DNA of 64,000 nt from Podarcis gaigeae (taxonomy: Eukaryota): assembly GCA_964106915.2 (NCBI GenBank), contig OZ066914.1. The stretch is one strand, 5' to 3'. Position numbers and translations under genes: made by a program. A model generated the notes under the pieces. That model was not told where the DNA came from. It saw nothing but the letters and a program-made list of their open reading frames with translations, and made no database searches. Numbering within the stretch: the first letter of the stretch is position 1; the number at the start of each line of letters is the position of its first letter. Below are positions 38,766 through 52,756 of this stretch, one piece after another.

Positions 38766-41595
38766 CTGACCCAAAGTAGAATCATATTCCTCACAGAGAT
38801 TTGTGAGACATGTCAGAATTCAGCTGAAGCCACCAATATTAAACATGGTCTGAAGAATGCAGATTCAGTTAAGTGGTTCAAAATGGCCTCTGCTATACAT
38901 ACCTCGTTCCCACAAGTCCCGCTCCCCCTCCCCCCATGGCCTCAGCTGCAAACAAAGGCCTAAAAGACAGATCTGGCCTATGGACAGTTGATCTGGACTA
39001 TACCAGACCCAAATGAAAGTTGTCATTCCAGATAATCAGTGTAAAGTACCCACAAGAAAAAGGACACCAGTTTGTTGATGGAACCAACACTCTCAGCTCC
39101 CCTTCCAGTTCTTAATCTGCTCCCTGTATTTCATTCTGTTTGCTTTAAGAGAAACCTAAAAGCCTATGACACCCATCTTTGGAGGGAGAAAAAAAAAGAA
39201 CCTGTTGCAGGAAAATGCACCATGAACGTGGCAGCTGCTATGGCATTGATGTATCTTGGGGGAGATGAAAGGCTGAGTTTAAATATGATGAAGAACAATG
39301 TACTAAAGTCCCCAGAATACAAAGAATAAAAGGAAATGATGTTTACAGTAACCAAAACAGCAAATGGAGGAAGCAGGATTTTCAGTAGAGAAGTATTGAA
39401 AACCAAGTAGGTTTTGGGATATTCAACACTGCATTTTATCTCTTCCCTCAGCAATAGTGAACAGGGAGGGAAGAGGCAAGGAATATATAAGAGTCAGATA
39501 CACTGGAAAAAAATGTAAAGCAATGAAGAAGCTAAGTAACACTTTTTCCTTACAGTACATTAGGGTTGGCAACTAGAAGGATTACAATAGGCCAGTCAAA
39601 CCAGCACAACAGAGATATCTGTGCACTTTTGAGTCTCAGGCAGCCAGGAAGACAATGTATGGCAACAAAACATTCCAAGCACAGACAGACAGAAAGCAAC
39701 TGAAGGTAGAGTTATGCTGGTACATAGCTCCCTCATCCCACCCCTTGGCAGGTTTCGCATATTAAATATTCTTCACAAATATGTCAAAGAAAGGATAGAG
39801 GTTCTTTCCAAAGACCATTAATATTTGTCCTTTCAGCTGCATTAACTATGAACCCCAACTCTTATTTCCCCCCAAAACCTATGCCAAGATTTTGTGTGGT
39901 TTTGTTCCACAAACCTTGGGTTTTGTACCACCACCTGCAGTGTATTGACACATCAAAGGCTCCTAGGTAAGGATGCTGAGAATTATCTGCTATAAATCCT
40001 GTTAGAACCACAATTTCCAAATTGTCTTAGGAAAGGAAATTAGTGCTGGACACTTATGTCTATAGTGAACAAACACCTTGAGAATGTTGTTCTTAAGGGC
40101 AGATGGAACTCTAACAAAAATTACCTTTCAAATGCTACTTGGAGCATAATACTATGCTGAAAGCCTTACAAAGTTTGCCTCTTGGTTGGATGTACTTGGG
40201 TTTTATTACTGATGGTACTGACAGTCTTCCTGTCAGATGGTCACCATCTCCAAACACATTTGTTGTTAATGAACAGTCCATGTTCTGAATAAGTACACTG
40301 CCAGTAGTCTATGCTGTATGCGTTTGCAATCTGAAGATGAGGTGGCTCATCTGATTTACCAAAGTACAGTCAAAAAATAATAATTCATTCTATGTCTGTT
40401 CCATTTCCCTGTTCACAATCACACATTGGTACCTTCCTTTAGCAGCTATGGCCTAGCAATCAACTATATGAGCAAAAGCGCCGATGTTGTGTTTGGCATG
40501 CATTCTGACTCACAAAAATATGGACACATCCTTTGCTGTGTGGCACAACACAGCAAAAAGCATCACTTCAGAAAAAATTCTCTGGACTTCTGTAAGTTTA
40601 TCAGTTTCTACTAAAGCAGTGTTCATGCTCCCCATCCCCTGCCAACATTCAAATAAATAAAAGCACACACTCTCATTTGGTGAGAGACAAAGCTGTGTAA
40701 TATTTGCACTTTCCTGAGAATCTGCTATGCAACTGCCATACCAAGGTGAGAGATAGCAGGAATTGTGCAAGCTACTTTGATATATCAGGATTAAGGCAAA
40801 ATCTTAGAATCAGGAAATGGCATTCTTCCTAATTTGGGTTTTCTTTCTCAGTTGGCTAGTCCTAGCAAATTCTACCCAGACAAGTGCCTGATGTAAACAA
40901 CTGGAATGCAAAACAGCATGGTAACTGTCTGCAGGTGAGTTTCTGATATTATCACAAGCTGTCTCCATCATTCTGTTCCTGAAGAGCTTCATTGTTAGGT
41001 AAGCAAAATTCTCAGCACCCAAAATGGACTTTTAGAGTTGAGACAAGGGAGCCTATGTAATCAATGGTGATAGCTCATTATTGTAGCAGTTTAGCCTCAC
41101 CATGCTTACACTTGTTTCTTAGCCTGTCATCTCTGATCAAATTGGCCTCAACCACTACATCAGGATACATTTACCAAATTACCATTTCACTACTTACTTT
41201 TCAGGCATCCTGTTGCTGCATATCTCAGACCAAAAACTGTACAGTGCACAGCTATGTACCTCCAGCAATCAAATTTGGTTAGTCTTGGCAAATTGCTCTT
41301 TGCACACACTAGAGGTTTAACTGCACTGGACTACAGGCCCTCTTGTGTTTTCTACATGGTGACTGGACATCAGCTAAAGTTGGGGAGGATAACTGCTAAC
41401 AACTGAGGCACAGGTCTGTGTTGGAAAAAATTAAATTAAGCTAGATGCACAGAGTTCTTTAGTACATTTCTATATAGTTTTAACACACATGGGGGTTTCC
41501 TTTCATCTCTTCAACCTTTAGACTTTTAGTCCCATTCAAAATATAACCAGAAGACCCCAAAGAAGTTCACTGAGCTTGTGCCTTCTGCGAACTCC

Positions 41596-41596
41596 T

Positions 41597-41635
<39 letters not shown>

Positions 41636-41636
41636 T
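41596..41636. repeat. (TTTA)n microsatellite
   Basis: Read directly. Confidence 0.95.
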
Positions 41637-42078
41637 GGCTGTCTGCTACTCACTGCAACACCATGGCTGCCATGTTTCTTCAGACAGAGATCGGAAATAA
41701 TTGATTTTCACGTAAGGAACATGCACACATTTTTGGATGAGACCAGAGGCTATGGTGACACTTTTTATTTAGCTAAGATGTTTATCTTTAGCCTATGCAA
41801 GCTTCTATTGGTAATTATTCCCACCCCCACCCCCGCACTGCTCTGAAATGCTGGATGCAAAGGAGTAAAAAAGTATACATATAATTTTTTTAAAAAGCAA
41901 CAGTAACTAGAGTAATTAAGTAATTAAGTAATCTTCCTTGCAGATTTCTGCACAGGCTACGGTGAGAAAACCAAGACTGATGCACCTTCACCTGGATAAA
42001 CATAATGGTGCCAGCTGAGATGGCTTCTGAAACTCTGATGGCACAGACTTCCTGACTTTTGGCTTTGGGGACCACCTA

Positions 42079-42435
<357 letters not shown>

Positions 42436-42971
42436 CTATGAGTTTCCATTCAGAATGTAAACCATGAGTATCTCTCAACAGCTTTTCAAAAATGATCTTC
42501 AACAAATGTAAGTAAACAAGTAAAAACAGAGCTGTGATTATCTGGAGGATGAAATGAAAAACAAACTTCTCCCATTTGCACATAAGGTTAGAACACCGTT
42601 AAAATAAATTACAGTTTAAGGTGGTTAAGCTGGAATGATAGGAATGCTCACTTCACTCCTCCACACTGCTCTTGCCTTGCTGCTGGGAACAAACCAGAGT
42701 CTGTTTAAGTCTGAACCCAGGATTGTGATTTATTTCTCTCCAAACAAACCATGCTCAGAAACCATGGTTTGCTCTTGGCTTATTGACTGTAGCTTGTTTG
42801 GAGGAAGCAATGAGTCCTGGTTCAGGCATCATAGTAAGCCAGACCCTGGCTTGCTTCCCAGTAGCACAGCAGAAGTGGGAGATGAACAAAGCAAGCTTGC
42901 TGCTCACTTGCATTAAGCCATAGTTAATTTTTATCTCTGGTTTAGCTTTACGTGCTAACCAGGCCAATGTG

Positions 42972-43091
42972 GCAGTCACTGAAATGGAGATTACAATATT
43001 CCAGACAAATAGCAGCAGTCACTGAAATGGAGATTACAATATTCCAGACAAATAGCAGCAGTCACTGAAATGGAGACTACAACATTCCAGA
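42972..43091. repeat. 43-bp tandem repeat, about 2.8 copies
   Basis: Unit GCAGTCACTGAAATGGAGATTACAATATTCCAGACAAATAGCA starting at 42972, 43015 and 43058. Confidence 0.95.
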
Positions 43092-45113
43092 TGTAGAGAC
43101 ATTTTAGGTAAGAAGGTTTTATATTTGCCTGTAAGCAGCTACTTAAAAGTTAAATGAAGGCATCTTAGAAGGGCAAGCAAGATCGAGCCTAAGCTTGCAG
43201 TATTAAACTAACATTTACTGCCAATGGGTCTTGTAATAAAAAAATAGCAAACATGGAGTCTGACATTTACTGTAGGATACTGTATAGGAATCTGCCACTT
43301 TTAGCCTATGCAACACTCAGGAATGGTCCAACAGTGTTCTGCCCCAGTTCTCCAACAACTTGCCTTTTCAATATGTTGCATGTGTTAAAAACTCTTGTTT
43401 TGCACTGAAGAAACTACTGCCCTCTGACAAAACAGGGGTTTTCAACTATACCATATTTTATACCCTCACGTCTTGATTTATGTGACCATTCATATCATCA
43501 TCCCTCTTCCCCAAGGAACCAAAACAATGTTACAGCCAGGCAGAATGGAAACAAATAAGCATTCTTGCATGTGTGCTGATGAGTTTGTTCTTGACAGTAG
43601 GGTTGCTAGAGCAAAGTTTTAAAAAGAAGAAATGCTGCTTTCTATTCTCATAAATCTGCAGTGGCCTGTATAGAGAGATATCTGTGTGCTTTGTGCAACT
43701 GTGGAATAATGTCAGACTACACTGCAGGACAAATTTTGGTTCAATAGAGAGGAAGAAAACATACTTCTGAGAGAAGGGAACCACACACATGCACAGGGTT
43801 AAAAAGAGGAAAGTTAAGAAAAGAAAAGAAGAACAGACTACCAGAGTTGAATCATTCATTTAGCATCAGCTAGAATTCCAAAGCCTGAACTATTGCTCTA
43901 AGGTTTCTCAAACTTGCCCATGTGCACCTAGACAGATGAACACTTATTCTGCATGGCATGCATCTTTGAAGTAAGTAACATCTCCAAGCAACTATTATTA
44001 CACCATCACTACTTCCCTGATCCTTTCCTCTCATCTCTTTGTTTGAGCCCACAGTTAATGGCTAATGATGAGATATTCATCAGAAGCATGATTGCTCTCA
44101 ATTAAACCTTGCTCTGCATTCCCAGAGATATTGCTAGGAGCAATGAGCTAAACTTATCCACCATGCTTCCCTTGGGAAAGGAAGCACAACTAACACTTGA
44201 ATAATAATGCACATGAATTCTAAAATATGATGACACATCACACAGATATATGCAGCTCAGAGATAATGTTAACACATTCAGGGAAGACATTTTTATTCCT
44301 GCACAGAAAAATCCAGACAATAGTTTGCATTAGTGCATGAACCGAATGTTATGATACATCTGTGGCATGCAAAGAGAAGGAGGAAAGCCTACCTCAGATG
44401 CACAACTGAGGCATAAAATTGCACTTGTCTGTGCAGGAAGTCAAAATTCAACCACTTAAATAATAAGTAGCAGAATGATCTTTTGTGCCAAAGCATTTAG
44501 CCAAATCAATTTGTTGTCTATGGAGCATACTTTAAGAAACTCCCCTATATGTATAATTCATTGTCTAGGGGGTATACCTTAAGAAGTCAAAAAGAGCACA
44601 TCAGAAAAGACTCTCCCATATTTTTCTATCAGCATTATGTGAGATATAGTAAGAGATCAAGTATGCTCCATCCACATTATTTAAACTCACTGGATTCACT
44701 GGAAATGCTTCCTTTCTGCTTTATGTGCATACATAGCTAAGAACATGTTTCAAGTGAAGTGATCAAGGACTGCTGACTGTGGCTTCAGTATGAAGCTCCA
44801 AGTTCAGTCTGATGCACACATGGAGCTCCCACCCACACCAGCTTTTATTTCAGTGGTAGGGGAAACTCTAGCCATGCAAGGAGATGCATAAACTGAGATG
44901 AGGTCACCTCTACTGAAGTTAATTTTAAAGCCTTTCAGGTGCAGGTAGGTCTGTATCTATATGAGACTTTCTGAAAGTGCAAGGAGCTTCTCAAATAGAC
45001 TGAATATTATGTAATATGCTATAACACTTGATAAGATGTGGCCAGTCCCTACAGTGAGAGCAACACCAAAAGAGGGACCCACTCTAGAGACACAGATTTG
45101 TTTCCAGGTATAC

Positions 45114-45211
45114 CTATTTCATTTCTAGGAGGAAGGTCCTCATCCTCATGACTAGGATATCTCTCTTTCCGATCAAGGAGAAGAAAATAAATCATTTTCT
45201 CTTGGTTTTCT
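45114..45211 (-). CDS. BRSK2: BRSK2 exon (98 nt): [32 protein letters not shown](D)
   Basis: ttccag|AGAAAAC...ATAG|gtatac; phase 2 to 1. Confidence 0.97.
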
Positions 45212-45427
45212 CTGGAAAAACAACAATACATCATCATCATCATCCAATAAAATTTTCCAGCTTTCTGCAGAATATTAACTTCATTTATGATATCTTAAAT
45301 GATGGAAGAAAGAGCTGGTGCAGACATTATTGAATGGACTTACCTGCATGAATAGCAACTCCTCGAAACAGAACTGTTACCTTCTGAATTGTTTTTATGG
45401 TTGACAGTTTTAATACGATGCTCTCAG

Positions 45428-45645
45428 GTCATAAGAATATTAAAAGAGCCCTGCTGGATCAGACCAAAGGCCCATCTAGCCCAGCAACCTGTTCTGACAG
45501 TGACCAACCAGATGTCCATGTGCAGTCCATGTGCAGAACCAGTGCGCAACAGCACTCCACTCCACAACAGCACTCCACTGACTTGTGATTCCCCGAGGCT
45601 GAAATTTATACTGCCCTCGACAATGGAGGTGGAACTTAGTAACTG
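45428..45645 (-). mobile_element. CR1 LINE 3' UTR fragment
   Basis: CATAAGAA...CCTGCTGGATCAGACCAAAGGCCCATCTAG, the typical antisense squamate CR1 3' end. Confidence 0.75.
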
Positions 45646-46330
45646 AATCTTTTGGGGGACAGAATATGAGGGATATGAATACATTTATAAATAAATAAAT
45701 GTTTTGCTCCATGTAAAACACTCTCTTCATGTGGAAAAGAAGCAAATAAGGAAGACACATTTCCATGTGCAGGGACACATTTTGGTTTGGTTTTTACATG
45801 GAGGAGTATTCAAGCATATAACCCTCCCCTCTGTATCTGAAGTGGTACAGCTTTAAAAGGATTGCATCAGGCCACTGGTAGAGCAATCATGGGGTAGAGG
45901 AATCATGGTAGAGCAATCATGCCACCAGAGCCAGAAGCTATGAGAGGCAGCAGCGTCCCTGGCTGTGGGGAACCCTTGACTTGTGATGGACTGAACATTC
46001 AGTTGCTCTGGCGGCCATTCCTGAGCCAGAGGAAGTTTCTATATGCTTTTCTGTAATTATGCAGGTGGCAACTCCTGTCTATTTTACTGTATTTTAAAAA
46101 ATATCAGGAGCTGTCTCAATAACTTTGGTTAGTAGCCAAGGTAAAAAATAGTCCGAATAAATAAATAAGAGGCTGAGCTATGAATCAAGACAGATCACTG
46201 TTTGTCAGCTTCAGCCCTTCACTTCCCACCACCTGTAAGATGGGAGATAATTATCCTGAGCTACCCTACAGGATTGTTGTACTACAGCTAAATAATGCAT
46301 ATGAAGCACTTTGTACAAGCACTTTGTACA

Positions 46331-46332
<2 letters not shown>

Positions 46333-46364
<32 letters not shown>

Positions 46365-46890
46365 TATTATTTATACCCCAGCCACTCTGGGCAGCTCCCA
46401 ACAGAATACTGAAAACATGATAAAAGATCAAACATTAAAAACTTCCCTAAACAGGGCTGCTTTCAGATGCCTTCTAAAAGTCAGATAGTTGTTTATTTCC
46501 TTGACATCTGATAGGGTGTTCCACAAGACAGGCGCCACTACGGAGAAGGCCCTCTGCCTGGTTCCCTCTAATCTCACTTCTCATAGTGAGGGAACCGCCA
46601 GAAGGCCCTCAGAGCTGGATCTCAGTGTCCAGGCTGAACGATGGGGATGGAGACACTCCTTCAGGTATACAGGACCAAGGCCGTTTAGGGCTTTAAAGGT
46701 CAGCACCAACACTTTGAATTGTGCTTGGAAACATACTAGGAGCCATGTAGGTCTTTCAGGACCAGTGTTATATAGTCTCGGCAGCCACTCCTAGTCACCA
46801 GTCTAGCTGCCGCAGTCTGGATTAGTTGTAGTTTCCGGGTCACCTTCAAAGTTAGCCCCATGCAGAGCGCATTACAGTAGTCCAAGCGGT
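46333..46890 (-). mobile_element. L2/CR1-group LINE 3' portion with (ATT)n tail
   Basis: Minus-strand RAFSVVAP.LWNTL-type RT C-terminus; highly similar to the 59.0-59.4 kb copy. Confidence 0.85.
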
Positions 46891-46975
46891 ATACTGATGT
46901 TGAGTATTATTATTACTACTACTGGTAGTAGTTGTAGCAGTATCTGCCAGAATTGCATCAGCTCCTAGTAACCCT

Positions 46976-47252
46976 NNNNNNNNNNNNNNNNNNNNNNNNN
47001 NNNNNNNNNNNNNNNNNNNNNNNNNNNNNNNNNNNNNNNNNNNNNNNNNNNNNNNNNNNNNNNNNNNNNNNNNNNNNNNNNNNNNNNNNNNNNNNNNNNN
47101 NNNNNNNNNNNNNNNNNNNNNNNNNNNNNNNNNNNNNNNNNNNNNNNNNNNNNNNNNNNNNNNNNNNNNNNNNNNNNNNNNNNNNNNNNNNNNNNNNNNN
47201 NNNNNNNNNNNNNNNNNNNNNNNNNNNNNNNNNNNNNNNNNNNNNNNNNNNN
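46976..47252. other. Assembly gap (N run)
   Basis: Ns. Confidence 1.
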
Positions 47253-47557
47253 GGTGGCAAGTCTGATTTAACACAAGGAAGTTCTTTTACATCTCAATCT
47301 GCTGAAAAATTATTATTGGCTCATCTTAATATACATGGCCCATGCACCAGGGTAACATTATGCCACAGACCCTATTTAACAAATGAGTAGAAAAGAAGAT
47401 CTTCCATGGCTGCTGCAGGGAAAAGAAATGCTGCATGTAGCAAAGTTTGTCTTTTAACAGAAACCTGTAATAGCTAAATAAATCATGCCTTCCATGGTTT
47501 TTGGTGACTGTTCCCATATACCCATCAAGCCTATGTTAAGCAAACACTGAATGCTTA

Positions 47558-47800
<243 letters not shown>

Positions 47801-48410
47801 CTAAGAACAGACTTCCTTTATCTTCATAATTTAAAAGGATATTAATACAATGAATACCCTGCAGATCCACTGAATAGTAACTTCATACATGGAAATAAGT
47901 CCCATTCATTCCAGTAAATGCATTTTCAAGTAAATATGCAACTGTGGGTTAAGCTATGAAGGATAGTTGCAAGACATGGATTTTTAGCAGCACAGATTGA
48001 GCAAGCATCTAGGTAAAACATTTACTATGAGCAATGAAGATCCCCAGGAATGTGCATTCAAGAATCACAGTTACCAACCTGTTTTAAGGGATTTCTATTT
48101 TTAGCTTTTAATTTAATACAAAACAAAATCTTATTCATAAGTACTCTATGAAGCAGAATTCACTATCTATATTACGAATGGAACCCAAGTGCAATGTCTT
48201 GTTCAGCTGTTAGCTGTCATTCCTGTACTTGATGTGTCATAACATTTCAGTCTAGCTGACCCGTTTTATCTCCTGAATGTTGCCACTGCTATCAGTCATG
48301 GCAACAGCAGGCGCGCACACATTCACACTAACAGATACTGATGTCATAAAAATAAGGCTCATTTTTCAGGTATAGGCAGCCTGGGTGTGACTGGGAAAGA
48401 CTTTTGTTTG

Positions 48411-48590
48411 CAGGTAAACAGTGTTTCCATGTGCTCTGGCACTCGTCACGGTGTCCTGTTGCGCCAGAAGCAGTTTAGTCATACTGGCCACATGACTCAG
48501 AAAACCGTCTGCGGACAAATGCTGTCTCCCTTGGCCTGAAGCGAGATGAGCACCACATAGTCACGTTTGACTGGACTTAATCATCCAGGT
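48411..48590 (+). mobile_element. Sauria SINE 3' half
   Basis: GGTAAAC...CGCCAGAAGCAGTTTAGTCATACTGGCCACATGAC...AGCGAGATGAGC...GACTGGACTTAA matches the Sauria SINE consensus as I recall it. Confidence 0.8.
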
Positions 48591-48892
48591 TAGGGATGCT
48601 TCAGATATGTTTTGAGCACCCATAAATGCTGGAAAGAAACCCATATATTTCCCCTGTGATTTTAAAAAGGGATCTTATGATGGATTGTATTCAGGTATAT
48701 CCAAAATAGTGTAGCGTGCACAGGAATCTCTAACAGTACTAATCTAATCAGTGAGCATGGACAATGGTGGGCCTCTATTTTTTTCTGCTGAGCTCATGGC
48801 TGCACACAATGCAGACATGGTGCAGAAGCTATGTACAATTCTCTAGCTTCCCTTTAATATGTATTTCCAAATATCAACAAAAAGTTACTTAC

Positions 48893-48924
48893 ATATACCA
48901 TATGTGCTTCTGAATGTGTTCTAG
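48893..48924 (-). CDS. BRSK2: BRSK2 exon (32 nt): LEHIQKHIWY(I), end of kinase domain
   Basis: cttgtag|CTAGAACAC...TGGTATAT|gtaagt; phase 0 to 2. Confidence 0.95.
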
Positions 48925-51900
48925 CTACAAGAAAAGAGTAAACAAAAGAAATTAGTAAACTCAAAATAACAGGTACATACGTCATGCTATTGAGCATTGC
49001 AATTTGGTCCACATCAGAGCACAGTGTCCCTGTCTCAATTCCTATGGCAGGATGCTGTGACTACACTAATCATTTTTTTTATACACACCTGTGCCAGTTG
49101 CCCCTCATCTTCAAGCTGCAACATATTACAGGTGAAAATAGCTGCAGTACAAAGCTTACTACCAGAAATTGGTCTGGATTGCATACAAAGGGGGAAAATG
49201 TTTTTAAGTGACAAGCCTAGAACCTCAGCACCAAACATTTCTCAGTCAAATCATCTAGGTTACAGGAACCAATTTTTCAAAAATTGGCATCATTTGGAGA
49301 CATCACGTTACATGTCACACCAAGAAGGCTGGTAGCTTGCCTGACTCCATCCCCCACATCAAGTTCCTGTTCTCTTCAAGGGTGCATGACATAGTTCTGG
49401 CCTATTGCTCTGCATTATGGTGTAATCTTTCTTGCCCTTCTACCTCTGTCCACTGAAGGCTGAGGAAGGGAAAGATATGCCAGAGCTTGCATGAGATTTG
49501 GGGCTTTATTAAAGACACAGAGGCGAAGACCGAATGAGAACCCAGTGTCCAAGGACTGAAATACTGTAGCTAAAGTCTTCAATTCTAAACAAACTGTGCT
49601 AAATAGAACTGCAGCAGGAGTTGTAGACCATGTGCAGAAGTCACATGCTGGATGTTTTCTTGCAGCATCAAAATCAACCAGACAGATATGCAAAATGACT
49701 TTTAATCATGAAGGCCATAGACACATAATTCTTGCTCTGCCTCATCCAGTGCTATTCAAACTAACAGCTGGCTAACAGAAGAGAGAGACCATTTGCTGGA
49801 TGACGATTCCAAGTGAATGTGCCTCAAATCAAACTGCTGAGCTCACAAGTGTGCACTGTGCATAGGGGCTGAAACTATGTGTGACCTAGAGAAGGGCAGA
49901 GAACTGGAACGACTTAGAAACCCCATTGGCTGAAGCAAGGGATCAGAGGCCCATTAAAACTGGCTGTGAAGAACTGAGGCAGCTGTCCTGCTCTCATTAC
50001 TTTCCACTTCATTTCCAGACTAATGAGAACCGGAGAGCCAAAACACGTGCATGGCTACGTGAAGGAACACAACAGGCTGAGGGAAGACTGCTTTGAGGCC
50101 GAGAGAAGCAGGGGAATCAGGGGCTTCTGTACATTATATAACAATCATATTGGAACGCTCCAAACAGACTTCTTTTTTGTTTTAATGAGGCAACTTATTT
50201 GGTGTGACTGTGACAGGGGTTTACCAAAATCAAAAGCACAAGGTACAGAATTCTGAACAGTAAAAGTTGAAAGTGGGTAAGAAAATCTTAAGTTTCCTCT
50301 ATTTTCCATAGTAAAGGGGAAAGTTAGGTTTGCTGCTCCAAACTAGCTCACCTTGACAAATCTAGATGTTTAGGAGAGAGTAAGGCATCTATAATGGTAG
50401 GGTGGTCCCCAGCTACAGTGCCGATCCTGTAAGGTTGGTTAGTAGCCTTGGGAAACCCACCCTAATTCTTTCTCTCTGCTTCCAACACCCACTTATGGAT
50501 TCTCTAGGACCAGGGGTGTGGGCTTCCCACAGTCTTACAGTAGTCGCCTCTAGAGTAATGGAACAGCCAGCTGCATTCCAAGTCTCTGGCTTGACAACTT
50601 CAGCCTACCTCCCCTCCCCTCTCCCAAGCACTTTACCAATCAGTAGGATAGGCCCATGCAGCCCTAAGCCACAAGAGTCAAGTAGCTCTTTTGTGTGTTC
50701 AGAAACCAGTATAGCCCACCAGCCCAATTAAACAGTTTGTGCAAATGGATCATAGGTAAAAAGTAATTTCTAGGGTTGTAAAGAGCTGCTGTTTCCCCTT
50801 CCTCCTTAATGCACCTTTCCTACTTCTGCCTTAGTTTCTAGACAAATATTCAACAGGTAAAGCCTTTTCTTGTAAGGAAATCCAATAATGGAAAGAGCTT
50901 CACCATGACGGTGCTCCCTCTAATTTTGTGTTATGCCATGTCCACCCCCCAATGGCAGTCATTTTGTAATGGGTACCCACAGCACTCTCCCAAAAATCAG
51001 AATGTGTCCCCTAGTCCAAAAAATGTTGGTGGCCCTTGGTACAGATGAAAAGGTAAGGCATGTCCATGTTGGCTTCATTCTGAAGCCTTCCTACAGTTGC
51101 AGCTATCATGCATTGGAGCTAGTGAGGAAGAAGGAAGGGCAGCTAAGGAGGGCAGGGCCAGATATACAAACAATCACACTCCTTTAACACACATAAGTCA
51201 CCTAACACACCTAACACAGAGAGACACCTGACACTGGCACACTCTTCTTTCTCTCATGCTGGCACACACAGAGATTATGGGGAGAGGGGAGCCAGCATTT
51301 CTGGGCTCCATTTGCTGAGGTGGGAACTGCCTTCTCTGCCCATTGCAAGGCCAATGCCTTCTTGGATCAGTTCTGAAGATACATTACAATTGCTAAGGTG
51401 ACTGTTTCCAAGGCAGAGCATTTTCAGTATTTCCCAAGTCAGAAGAGCCTGCAAGGTCATGGCTGCAGCCAAGACTGAGACAATTTGACCCTTCATATAA
51501 GGATATCAAATGGAAGTCTGTTGTGTTTCTTTTGCTCTTGCCACTTCAAGCTAAACATTGTAGAGCTAAAGAGGACTTGGTCAGAAACTAGCCTTAAAAA
51601 TGCAGCCGTAGTGCTAGTTTCTAAAAATCTCACTCAGAAACCATTTTCAGCTTTTCTATTTGGGGATATGGAATATGTGCTATAAAATCAGTCTCTATTC
51701 TTATTCCAATTTAATTGCATTGAAATATTATGATGATATCATACATTTCTTGCTTGCTGCTGCCAACATGTCCACTGCCTTTTATTTTTATTTTTTTAAA
51801 AAGACGGTGTAATTAATTAATGCTTTGATACTTTTCATCTACTTTAAAGTGACAAGGAAGGGTTACAGGAGGGCAATTGGTTTTGACAAGGAGTAGACTG

Positions 51901-52478
51901 TAGGCTTTTTGCTCTGCAGAGCTAGAGAAGGTGATCCACAGTGGGAGTTAATCTCACTCCTTCTACCTTCATTTAAAACATGGTATTTAAATGTGTTTAA
52001 GTGACAAAGGCATTTAACAGGCTTCCCCAAGAGGTTTTCCTCTCTGTTCTAACTAGTGCTTGCTACGTTTAATGCCATTTTGGAAAGAAGCTTTAAAAAT
52101 CCCATTTCCATATATCAGAGGAAGTGTAGCCCAGATTTTGTCAAATTACAGCTTCCAAAATCCAATACTATCGGCCATGCTGATTGAGGGTTTTGGGAGT
52201 CCAACTTACTTCTGCAGGGTGGAATGCTGGCTACCCCTGCTATATCACATGGCCCCATTATGCATTATCAAAACAAGCTCTATAGGCAAACCCACAGTGG
52301 AAGTTCCAGTTTTAATATTAGAGGAGGGAACAAGGAATATAGTTCTGCTGCTTTTTTGGGAAGACCCCAAAATTGTTCATCTTCACATTAGAGATGAAAA
52401 TAAAAGCATACACAACTTCTCAAGTCACACAGAGCTTGTGATCAGTCACCGTGGAAGGCAAATACTCTGAATTACTAC

Positions 52479-52756
52479 AGGGCTTACCCACACTTACTTT
52501 TTCCCCATTCTTTCCAGGCACAGGTCTGCACTTGTACACTTTTTCGCCCTAAGCTTTCCTTGGGAAAACTCGTTCTTTAAAGCTAAATTGGAACAAGCAT
52601 CAATTTGGGTTTTCAGCAGATTGCCATTTGCTCCAATCGAGCTGTAAAGAGTGGGCTTTCATGGGGATAGCTCCAGAGGAAAAGGAAAAAGAGGATGCTT
52701 TAAATAGCAGACCATGCCTGGAAAGAACAGAGGAAAGGTAAGTGTGGATAAGCCCT
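52479..52756. mobile_element. MITE with ~19-bp TIRs (Harbinger-like); related fragment at about 36190-36375
   Basis: AGGGCTTACCCACACTTAC ... GTAAGTGTGGATAAGCCCT; internal arms also loosely inverted. Confidence 0.65.

Noticed and set aside
42972-43091. Repeat array superficially like CRISPR
   Set aside because: Contiguous tandem units without unique spacers, in vertebrate DNA, with no cas genes
45344-45373. Consensus donor CAG|gtaagt with a possible 30-nt exon
   Set aside because: No polypyrimidine tract at the candidate acceptor; likely chance
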